Below are positions 9,647-16,980 of a stretch of 27,021 nucleotides of DNA, in pieces. This DNA comes from a virus (Duplodnaviria > Caudoviricetes): positions 1 through 27,021 of IMG/VR virus record IMGVR_UViG_3300020533_000018. One strand, given 5' to 3'. The translations under genes and the position numbers were made by a program. Under the pieces are notes generated by a model, which saw nothing but the letters and a program-made list of their open reading frames with translations, did no database searches and was not told the DNA's origin. Position 1 is the stretch's first letter. Every line of letters starts with the position of its first letter.

Positions 9647-10798
9647 GTGAAAAAAGAAAAAATTTACATTAACGGTTATATAGGTTCTGATTCCTTTTTT
9701 AATGAATCATCATTTTCACTTGCCGACTTAAACCACAAGTTAGATAACTTAAGCAGCGCAACAGAAATTGATGTTTTTATTAATAGCGGTGGCGGTTCGG
9801 TTACTGAGGGATTCGCAATATATGACCGCTTAATGGCTTTTGACGGCACGATAAATACTTATGTGAATGGTATGTGTGGTTCTATTGCTACTGTTATTTA
9901 CCAAGCGGGTAAAAAGGGCAAAAGATATATGTACTCAAACTCTGAATTTTTTGTACACAATCCATTTTGGCAACCGACAGCACCCGACCCAATGGAAGCG
10001 AAAGATTTAGAACTATTGCATGAGGATTTGAAAGCAGCGGAAAACAAGATTAAAAACTTTTATTCTGAAATAACTGGAAAATCAGTTGAGGATTTAACTC
10101 CATTACTTGACCGACAAACAACACTTTCAGCAAAAGAAGCAATTGAAAACGGATTTGCAGATCAAGTAGCTGGTGGAGAAGTAAAGGCATTCACAAAATA
10201 CAAGATAGCGGCATATTTAATTAACAATAAACAAACAAAAATGGCAGACACAAAAGAATTACAAGCAGAGTTAACAGGGATAAAAGGATTCCTTGCAAAA
10301 CTTACAAAGAAACTATTTAAAAACGCTATGGTAGAAACAACAGATGGGGTAACAGTTTACTTCGATGCAGATGCTGTAGAAGTTGGAACGGCTTTATTCA
10401 CAGATGAAGCGATGACAGTACCGGCACCTGACGGCAATCACACAGTAGGTGAAAGCACCTTTGTTGTGTTAGACGGTGTAGTAGTTGAAATCATTGCAGT
10501 AGAAGAGCCAGCAGACGTTGAGGCTTTGAACGCTAAGATAGCAGAATTGGAAGCGGCATTAGTTGCTAAAGATGAAATCGTAAACGAAAAAGAAACTTTG
10601 CTAAATGAAACCAAAGTAGAGTTGCAAAACTTTGCGGGTGAAATCAAAAAGTTTGAAGCGTTATTAGTAACGGGACAAAATTTCAAAGCAGAGGGCAACC
10701 AAAATAGCGGTCGCAAACCAGCAAAAGAAGAAGTTGCTAAAACAGCAATGGAACTTTTGGCAGAAAAGAAAAAGGCAGAAAGAGAATCAAAGAAATAA
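9647..10798 (+). CDS. ClpP-type (S14) prohead protease fused to a scaffold domain
   Basis: Motifs INSGGGSVTEGFAIY, CGSIAT (catalytic Ser), FFVHNP (His) and LSAKEAIENGFAD, followed by an acidic/coiled-coil C-terminal half. Confidence 0.92.
   Translation: MKKEKIYINGYIGSDSFFNESSFSLADLNHKLDNLSSATEIDVFINSGGGSVTEGFAIYDRLMAFDGTINTYVNGMCGSIATVIYQAGKKGKRYMYSNSEFFVHNPFWQPTAPDPMEAKDLELLHEDLKAAENKIKNFYSEITGKSVEDLTPLLDRQTTLSAKEAIENGFADQVAGGEVKAFTKYKIAAYLINNKQTKMADTKELQAELTGIKGFLAKLTKKLFKNAMVETTDGVTVYFDADAVEVGTALFTDEAMTVPAPDGNHTVGESTFVVLDGVVVEIIAVEEPADVEALNAKIAELEAALVAKDEIVNEKETLLNETKVELQNFAGEIKKFEALLVTGQNFKAEGNQNSGRKPAKEEVAKTAMELLAEKKKAERESKK
10241..10798 (+). CDS. Nested in-frame scaffold protein (internal start), 185 aa
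   Basis: An in-frame ATG is preceded by TTAACAATAAACAAACAAAA, the same leader type as the major capsid gene. It sits at the protease/scaffold boundary. Confidence 0.65.
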   Translation: MADTKELQAELTGIKGFLAKLTKKLFKNAMVETTDGVTVYFDADAVEVGTALFTDEAMTVPAPDGNHTVGESTFVVLDGVVVEIIAVEEPADVEALNAKIAELEAALVAKDEIVNEKETLLNETKVELQNFAGEIKKFEALLVTGQNFKAEGNQNSGRKPAKEEVAKTAMELLAEKKKAERESKK

Positions 10799-10804
10799 AT
10801 TTTT

Positions 10805-10826
10805 AAAACAAACAAACAAACAAACA
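10805..10826 (+). promoter_or_regulatory. (AAAC)n translation-initiation leader of the major capsid gene
   Basis: AAAACAAACAAACAAACAAACA directly before ATG 10827, with no Shine-Dalgarno. Confidence 0.6.
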
Positions 10827-11822
10827 ATGAACGCAGTTACATCATTACCCGAAAACAACTCGATAGCATACGAGCTATTTTATGCACCGCTTTTGAATGA
10901 CCCAAAAGTAAACGCACTTCCTTTTAATGTTCACATTGGTAAAATTGGAAAAGAATTGTATTTCGATTCTATTTTCACAGCTAATCCAACTTTGAAAGAG
11001 GCTTGTGGATGGGAATACCAAGAAGGAACTCCAATTACTAAAAAAGCACTTTCACCAGTTGAAATTGAACTTTCTTTTCAACAGTGTTATACTGACTTCG
11101 TTAAGTCTGTATTTGGTGACAAACTTCCTGACGGTTGGAGAAAAGGCGAACTTTATCCTGAATTGATTTCTCGAATAGTTGAAAAGCAATCAAACTCTCT
11201 TAACAATGGTTTGTTACTTAGAACATTCTTAGCATCTTCAGGCAACGCAACTCCATTTCTTTCAGGCGCTAATGGAGTTTATGCATCACTTTTGGCGGGT
11301 GTTTCTGCAAATGATGGTACAGTTGATGCGGGAAGTATTTCTGATAATGATTTGCTACCAGCAAACATCGAAGCTACAATGTTTAAAATCTACGATGCAC
11401 AAACAGATGAATTGTTGCAAATCCCTGATGAGCAAAAAGTATTAGTTGTAACTCGTACAGTAGCAAAAGCATGGAAGCGTTATTTGCAAACTCAAACAGG
11501 GTTGACTTCTATAATCCAAACTGATTACATCACTAAAGGAATCAACGAACTTTCTTACAACGGAATACCTTTCTATGTAGTTGATTTTGTAGACAGAGGA
11601 TTGAAATTGTATGATACTACAGGTTCACCTGCATCAACAGTAAGTCCAAACAGAGTTATTCTTACAATCGGTGCAAACCATGATATTATGTTGGATGGAA
11701 CAGGATTCGAAATGATTGAGCCGTTCTATGATAGAAAAGACGATATTGTTTACAGCCCTGCATCTGCAATGGTTGACTATGTATACCGTTTTGGTTTCTA
11801 TAACGTAATCGCAGGATTCTAA
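10827..11822 (+). CDS. Major capsid protein, 331 aa (start corrected from 10734)
   Basis: Position after the protease/scaffold gene, size, strong leader, ACGW and QQC motifs, LSYNGIP, and a downstream hairpin. Confidence 0.8.
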   Translation: MNAVTSLPENNSIAYELFYAPLLNDPKVNALPFNVHIGKIGKELYFDSIFTANPTLKEACGWEYQEGTPITKKALSPVEIELSFQQCYTDFVKSVFGDKLPDGWRKGELYPELISRIVEKQSNSLNNGLLLRTFLASSGNATPFLSGANGVYASLLAGVSANDGTVDAGSISDNDLLPANIEATMFKIYDAQTDELLQIPDEQKVLVVTRTVAKAWKRYLQTQTGLTSIIQTDYITKGINELSYNGIPFYVVDFVDRGLKLYDTTGSPASTVSPNRVILTIGANHDIMLDGTGFEMIEPFYDRKDDIVYSPASAMVDYVYRFGFYNVIAGF

Positions 11823-11831
11823 ATATTTAAT

Positions 11832-11852
11832 AGGGGGTTAATAGCCCCCTTT
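11832..11852 (+). terminator. GC-rich hairpin after the capsid gene (weak terminator or stability element)
   Basis: AGGGGGTT-AAT-AGCCCCCT with only a short T tract. Confidence 0.55.
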
Positions 11853-11873
11853 AACCTTATAAAATAAAATAAA

Positions 11874-12443
11874 ATGGCAAATTGCTTAGACGATATAAGA
11901 AGCATAGGAATCAGTTGTGAAGCTGAAAATCAAGTTGGTGGAGTAGATAAAAGAATTTGGTTGACTCAAAAAGGGCAAATTTCATCTTATACAAAAGATG
12001 TCAACGGCTATGTGAACACAATCACAATGGCTGCTAATGGTTCGACAACTTATAAATTAGCAACTATTACTTCAAAGAAAAACAAAAACAGCGGAGCAAT
12101 TGAAGGAGTAGTTGGTGATAATGTAAACCTTGTTAAGCATACAGTGATATTCAAGATTTACCCTGAAAACCCAGCACAAAAAATAGCAATCGAAAAATTA
12201 GTAAATGCTGATGAAATGGTAGCTTTTTTGCAAACGGAAAACGGGCAAATACTTGTTTACGGATTGGACAAAGGAATGGAGATGTCGGCACTTGCAGGCG
12301 GAACTGGAACTGCTTTACAAGATGACACTTCGATAACTTTCACAGCAGCGGGTGACCAAACTACACTTCCTGACTATTTCTTAGTTACTGATTTGGCGGG
12401 TTCGATAGCTTATTTGAATGCTATTTCTGCTCCAGTAGCATAA
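11874..12443 (+). CDS. Major tail (tube) protein
   Basis: 189 aa, beta-rich, with an N-terminal C...C..GGV motif and VYGLDKGM. It has an A-rich leader and is followed by a terminator. Confidence 0.7.
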   Translation: MANCLDDIRSIGISCEAENQVGGVDKRIWLTQKGQISSYTKDVNGYVNTITMAANGSTTYKLATITSKKNKNSGAIEGVVGDNVNLVKHTVIFKIYPENPAQKIAIEKLVNADEMVAFLQTENGQILVYGLDKGMEMSALAGGTGTALQDDTSITFTAAGDQTTLPDYFLVTDLAGSIAYLNAISAPVA

Positions 12444-12459
12444 GTTTTAATTTAGATAG

Positions 12460-12490
12460 AAAAAAGCTCACATTATTGTGGGCTTTTTTT
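12460..12490 (+). terminator. Rho-independent terminator (potentially bidirectional)
   Basis: AAAAAAGCTCACA-TTAT-TGTGGGCTTTTTTT. Confidence 0.85.
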
Positions 12491-12497
12491 ATTTTTG
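12490..12497 (+). promoter_or_regulatory. -7 box TAttTTTG for the glycosyltransferase/portal operon
   Basis: Consensus match 4 nt before ATG 12502, overlapping the terminator T tract. Confidence 0.55.
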
Positions 12498-12501
12498 CTC
12501 T

Positions 12502-12819
12502 ATGGTAACTATTCAATTCTTAGAAAAGGTTTATGAAGACGTTGTTAGTAAGTCCTATTATGACGTTCCAATTACACATTTAGCATTTTATTATAAAGAA
12601 ATTTATAGTAAAGAATTAAACACTAAGTGCAGCAGTTGCTTAATAGATGCCCATTTGTCAATAAAAAAATATTATCGTGAAAATATCGGTAAATTTGATG
12701 TCGAAAATGCTGAATACGAAAAGCATAAAAAATATAAATTAAAATTAGCACTAATTGAGTTCCAAAAATCAGAACACTTTGAGATTTGCGAATGGATAAA
12801 AAACAGAATCAATGGTTAA
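12502..12819 (+). CDS. Hypothetical protein with CxxC motif, 105 aa (start corrected from 12478)
   Basis: KCSSCLIDA motif and a C-terminal UVR-like helix pair (EHFEICEWIKNRI). The upstream GTG lies inside the terminator. Confidence 0.7.
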   Translation: MVTIQFLEKVYEDVVSKSYYDVPITHLAFYYKEIYSKELNTKCSSCLIDAHLSIKKYYRENIGKFDVENAEYEKHKKYKLKLALIEFQKSEHFEICEWIKNRING

Positions 12820-13450
12820 GACAATAGTAACACGCTCGGCAAATGAAAAATTATACACGCTTGCTAAAGGACTTTGGCAAAGCGATAATAATTTTATTCA
12901 GTGTAAGCAGTTTCAAGGATATAACGGTGCTTTAGATTATCTTTTGCATTTGTTTACTCATAACTTTTCAGGCATTATAGTAAATGCAGATGAGGATTTT
13001 TTCATTGTCAATGAATATTTATTAGACAATGTAATAAACACAATGGTAGAAAAGGGTTATGCTTACTGCGGAGTTCCTGACGGGGGTATAATTAGCCACA
13101 GAAATAATTCTGTTTTCAATGTTAATCCTTTTTTCAATGTGTTTAATGTGGATTTGATTAAAACAAAAATAGCTTTATTCGACAATTCAAAACAATATCA
13201 GTACGCAAATAAAGTTGAGAAGAATGGAAACTTAAACGAACCATTTGCAGGATTCTTATACTGGCTGTATGATAATTTCTTGGGTGCTAATTTCACCGAT
13301 ATAGAAAGCACAGATGGGGTTAGTACAATAATTAAGATTAACGACAGACCGATGGGCATACATTCATGGTATAGCAGAGAATATGGCAAAGATGTAGCGC
13401 AAACTGAAAGAATAGACAGGTGTTATGAATGGGCATTAATTAACCGATGA
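12812..13450 (+). CDS. Putative GT-A fold glycosyltransferase
   Basis: IIVNADEDFFI (DxD after a hydrophobic strand), YAYCGVPDGG and late HSWYSR, adjacent to two other GTs. Confidence 0.65.
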   Translation: MVKTIVTRSANEKLYTLAKGLWQSDNNFIQCKQFQGYNGALDYLLHLFTHNFSGIIVNADEDFFIVNEYLLDNVINTMVEKGYAYCGVPDGGIISHRNNSVFNVNPFFNVFNVDLIKTKIALFDNSKQYQYANKVEKNGNLNEPFAGFLYWLYDNFLGANFTDIESTDGVSTIIKINDRPMGIHSWYSREYGKDVAQTERIDRCYEWALINR

Positions 13451-14055
13451 AAATTATCATACCATATAGGAACAGAGAATCGCATTTAAAGCGGTTTGTA
13501 GAGCATTACAAAGGCTTTGATATATTGGTAGTAGAACAAGCCAACAGAAAGCTATTTAATAGGGGAAAACTGTTTAATGTGGGTTTTAATGAAACAAAAG
13601 ATAATCAAGTTTGTTTTCATGATGTGGATTTGTTAGCTCATAATTTAGACCATTACTCAAAACCGATAAAAGGGGCTTATCACTTTTCAGGCTTATGTGA
13701 GCAATTTAATTATAAAGTACCTTATGAAACTTGCTTTGGTGGAGTTACTGCTTTTGATTCAGATTCATTTTTAAAATGCAACGGATTCAGCAATGATTTT
13801 TGGGGTTGGGGTGGTGAAGATGATGACTTATTCAATAGAACTATTTTAGCAGTAATAGAAACTAAGTTTGAGCAACATAGATACTTTTCTTTAGCACACG
13901 AAAAACAGCCTATTACAGACCAATATAAAGTAAATAAACACTTAGTGTTAGCAACAGGACAAACATGGCTAAAAAGCGGTTTAAATAGCATGAATTATGA
14001 AATATTGAAAAGAGATACTATATTTGGAGTTGAAAGAATTTTAGTAAACATTTAA
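13447..14055 (+). CDS. GT7-like (beta-1,4-galactosyltransferase family) glycosyltransferase
   Basis: Full motif set: IIIPYRNR, FNRGKLFNVG, FHDVDL, FGGV and NGFSNDFWGWGGEDDD. Confidence 0.93.
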   Translation: MKIIIPYRNRESHLKRFVEHYKGFDILVVEQANRKLFNRGKLFNVGFNETKDNQVCFHDVDLLAHNLDHYSKPIKGAYHFSGLCEQFNYKVPYETCFGGVTAFDSDSFLKCNGFSNDFWGWGGEDDDLFNRTILAVIETKFEQHRYFSLAHEKQPITDQYKVNKHLVLATGQTWLKSGLNSMNYEILKRDTIFGVERILVNI

Positions 14056-14063
14056 TTAACTAT

Positions 14064-14387
14064 ATGAATTTTTCAAAGTACAAACTAAAAGACGGTATTG
14101 GCGAACTTGTTTTTAGAGATGGTAATAGGACTATTATCACTATTAATGCTGATAATATCACAGATGAAAAGGTAGAAATTGCCAAACTCAATAATAGAGG
14201 GCATTGTTTTGTTGAATTAAGCGCAATCAAAAAAAAAAGCAATCCGTTAAATATCCAGTCGCTGGAGTCGTTATCAACCTTGAACGAAGTGCCGACAGGC
14301 GAAAATCTTTCTTTGCCAGCGCAGCCAAACAAGAGGGATGTTTTGGTTACGAAAAAGAAAGCGGGCAGACCACCGAAATCGAAATAA
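14064..14387 (+). CDS. Small protein, 107 aa, with basic AT-hook-like tail; N-terminal partner of the frameshifted GT25
   Basis: ORF contains the A10 run at 14229-14238 and ends KKKAGRPPKSK. Confidence 0.7.
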   Translation: MNFSKYKLKDGIGELVFRDGNRTIITINADNITDEKVEIAKLNNRGHCFVELSAIKKKSNPLNIQSLESLSTLNEVPTGENLSLPAQPNKRDVLVTKKKAGRPPKSK

Positions 14388-14881
14388 TACAAGCCGTTGA
14401 CGGCAAAGAGATTAAAAGCAAAATAGCAGGCGTTACTGATAATGAGTACGCTTGTATTCAATCGCATTTAAAGGCTTTAAAATATGCAAAGAAACAAGGC
14501 TTTGAGTGTGTTGCTATCTTTGAAGATGACATACTTTTTACAGATACTTTTAGTAAAGATTTTCAGCTTTACTTATCGGAACTTCCATATAATTTCCATA
14601 TCCTTTATTTAGGCGGTTCGTTTGGTAGACCTCCGCAATATTATGACAAGTTTTTCACCAAACAAGTCTACACATGGGGCGCATTTGCTTACGTTGTGCA
14701 TAAGAGAGCATATAATAAATTAATTAATTTATTAAGTAAGGCTAACAAAATAGTTGATGCTATGTATATTGACTACCAAAAACAATATCTTTGCATTAAG
14801 CCGAATAAAAAATTGGTGATACATCCACAAGGTGTTTCAACTATTAAAGAAAAGTTTGTAAACTATCAGAATATTGTATGA
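14216..14881 (+). CDS. GT25-family glycosyltransferase domain with no canonical start; predicted as a -1 fusion from ATG 14064 (about 272 aa)
   Basis: The frame is open from 14216 (after TGA 14213) to 14881 and reads GVVINLERSADRR...IQAVDGK...EYACIQSHLKAL...VAIFEDDILF...ILYLGG...GAFAYVV. The ORF track caught only the last 61 aa. The stop overlaps the portal ATG. Confidence 0.9.
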   Translation: MKRNQKKKQSVKYPVAGVVINLERSADRRKSFFASAAKQEGCFGYEKESGQTTEIEIIQAVDGKEIKSKIAGVTDNEYACIQSHLKALKYAKKQGFECVAIFEDDILFTDTFSKDFQLYLSELPYNFHILYLGGSFGRPPQYYDKFFTKQVYTWGAFAYVVHKRAYNKLINLLSKANKIVDAMYIDYQKQYLCIKPNKKLVIHPQGVSTIKEKFVNYQNIV

Positions 14882-16008
14882 GTAAATTCAAAAAAACATC
14901 AAAAGTACATTTTAGGAATATACTCCCTACAACTTTCGAGAACAAAGCATTAGGCTATCATAAATTTGGGTGGAATGATAACTTGCCTTTAGAGATAATC
15001 GACATTATAAACAATTCAGGAACGGCAAAAAAAGCAGCTAAAAAATATGCAGAGTACATAGAGTCCGATGGATTCGTAAGTGAACAAGCATCTTTTTTTA
15101 AAGTGAATGAAAAAGAAACGGCTGATAAATTACTTTCAAAATCTGCTTTATCTTTTGCTTATATGGATTGTGCGGTGTTTCATATTTCAAGATTAGGCAA
15201 TGGTAGAGTTGGAAAAGTTACATTAATGCCGTTCCAAAAGATTAGAAAGTCTTTAGATGGGAACTGGATGTATAATCCGACTATTGGACTTGAGAAATTA
15301 GATAAAAATGCATGGATTAAGTTGCAAGATTTTCAGGGCGAAGTAGCAAGTTTTGAGGCTATGACTAAAAACATCACAGATTTTAATTCTAATGGCGAAA
15401 TTTATTATGTGTTTGACGGCAATCCTTTTGATTCAGATGTTTATGCAATACCTGATTTTTTAGCGAGTATTGAAGATGTAAAGACTTCGTCCGAACTTTC
15501 TAAAATGGATTATGAAGCGGTTTTAAATGGTTTTAATTTAGGTGGTGTTATGACTTTCTTTGGCGTTGATGACAACGAAAAAGGCGAAGACGGATTAACG
15601 GATAGGCAACGAATAGAGGGCGAAATGGTGCAGTTCACAGGCATGAAAAAAAACAAAGACGGGTTAACTTCACGTTTTGCGGTATTGGTGAACTTTGCTG
15701 AAATGGCGGAGCAAGCTCCAATATTTTCAGGCAATGACCCAAAACCAATTTTAGAAGCAAGTAATTCAAAAAGAGATATAATAGAGAGAGCCGTTTGTAG
15801 ACTTTGGGGCGTGCATCCAGTATTATTAGGATATGCAGAGGCGGCTGTTTTAGGCAATGATAACGCTATTAAGCAGGCAATGGCAATGCTTAGGCAAACA
15901 GTTAATCCAGTTCAAAGATTAATTACACAAGCGTTTAAAAATATGTTTGGCGGTCAAATAGATTGGACTGTTTCTGAATTTGGTATAACTAAAGAGATTG
16001 TAAAATGA
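14878..16008 (+). CDS. Portal protein
   Basis: 376 aa with KFGWNDNLP, YAIPDF and WGVHPVLLG..VLG...QTVNPVQ motifs resembling HK97-type portals. Confidence 0.8.
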   Translation: MSKFKKTSKVHFRNILPTTFENKALGYHKFGWNDNLPLEIIDIINNSGTAKKAAKKYAEYIESDGFVSEQASFFKVNEKETADKLLSKSALSFAYMDCAVFHISRLGNGRVGKVTLMPFQKIRKSLDGNWMYNPTIGLEKLDKNAWIKLQDFQGEVASFEAMTKNITDFNSNGEIYYVFDGNPFDSDVYAIPDFLASIEDVKTSSELSKMDYEAVLNGFNLGGVMTFFGVDDNEKGEDGLTDRQRIEGEMVQFTGMKKNKDGLTSRFAVLVNFAEMAEQAPIFSGNDPKPILEASNSKRDIIERAVCRLWGVHPVLLGYAEAAVLGNDNAIKQAMAMLRQTVNPVQRLITQAFKNMFGGQIDWTVSEFGITKEIVK

Positions 16009-16637
16009 TAAACAACCTATTTGCATGGATTGGGATTATGGATATAACTCCGATACTTGCACTTTCGCCAAATACGGATGAAAGTGATTTGAAACTTCAC
16101 GTTATTGATGCTCAAGAAATCGAGCTGCAAAACTTAATTCAAATTGAATTATACCAAGCCATAAACGAAGCAGTAAAAGCTAATTATTCGCAGTTTAAAA
16201 ATGGTCGCACTTATGAAGAGGGTGCGAAAGTATTTTATAATTCTGCTTATTACATAGCTTTAGAACAAACAACAACAAGTCCAGAAGATGCTGAATTTTG
16301 GACTTCGTATGAGTTAATGGATTTCTATTACAACTTTGTTAAAAAATGGTTAGCAACGGCAACTGTAGTGCGTTATTTGCCGTTTCATGGATTGCACGTT
16401 ACGCAATTTGGATTAGAAGAATATACACAGGAAGGATTCGGACAAGTATCTGATAAAAGACGTGCTGAAATGTTGCAAAATTTCAAAGGCAAATCAGATG
16501 TTTACAGAACAAGAATGTTAAACGAATTAGACAGGGTTAAAAGCACATTTGACGGAGTTAAGTATGAAGTTGAATTATGCAGAGCGAGAAAAAAAAGAAA
16601 TCAATTCACAGTATTAGGAATAGGAAATGGCAGATAA
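16005..16637 (+). CDS. Putative head-tail adaptor with inserted CBM5/12-like module
   Basis: Follows the portal. The helical body (IDAQEIELQNLI..ELY) is interrupted by FKNGRTYEEGAKVFYNSAYYIALEQTTTSPEDAEFW. Confidence 0.55.
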   Translation: MINNLFAWIGIMDITPILALSPNTDESDLKLHVIDAQEIELQNLIQIELYQAINEAVKANYSQFKNGRTYEEGAKVFYNSAYYIALEQTTTSPEDAEFWTSYELMDFYYNFVKKWLATATVVRYLPFHGLHVTQFGLEEYTQEGFGQVSDKRRAEMLQNFKGKSDVYRTRMLNELDRVKSTFDGVKYEVELCRARKKRNQFTVLGIGNGR

Positions 16638-16980
16638 AATAAGAATACCAATTGGCACAGACCACACTTTGAAATTTGCTTTAGCAGTAAATTCAGAGCC
16701 GTTAGATTTAACTGAAGTTGAAGAAATTGAAGTTAAAGTCTATCAGAAGAAAAGTAATATTTTAGCTAATTTTTTGCTATCTGATAATGAAGTAGAAATA
16801 ACGTCTTTTATTAATGGGCAATGTGAATGCTTTTTAGCAAAAGAAAGCATTACTAATATACCTACTGGAAAATTGTTTATTCAGATTTCAGTAGATGTGC
16901 CAAATGAAAACTTTGATAGCGGCTTTGAGCGATTAATATTAACAGAAACAGAAATAGGTGAACTTGTTGCAATAGCATGA
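16627..16980 (+). CDS. Putative BppU-like fibre-anchoring Ig-fold protein
   Basis: 117 aa all-beta pattern (GTDHTLKF..PLDLT..GKLFIQI), upstream of the fibre gene. Confidence 0.5.
   Translation: MADKIRIPIGTDHTLKFALAVNSEPLDLTEVEEIEVKVYQKKSNILANFLLSDNEVEITSFINGQCECFLAKESITNIPTGKLFIQISVDVPNENFDSGFERLILTETEIGELVAIA

Noticed and set aside
10734-10826. 31-aa N-terminal extension of the capsid ORF, or a protease-capsid frameshift fusion
   Set aside because: The extension is just the translated AAAC leader. No convincing slippery site was seen, and ATG 10827 is the better start.
10805-10826. (AAAC)n as a CRISPR or iteron array
   Set aside because: It is a 4-nt microsatellite with no spacers, and its position fits a translation leader.
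14696-14881. Independent 61-aa protein
   Set aside because: It is the C-terminal end of the GT25 domain whose frame opens at 14216.
12812-14881. Gtr-type serotype conversion or DNA hypermodification as the role of the GTs
   Set aside because: Not favoured, though not excluded: no flippase, polytopic membrane GT or base-hydroxymethylase genes are in the window, and the GTs are coupled to structural genes.
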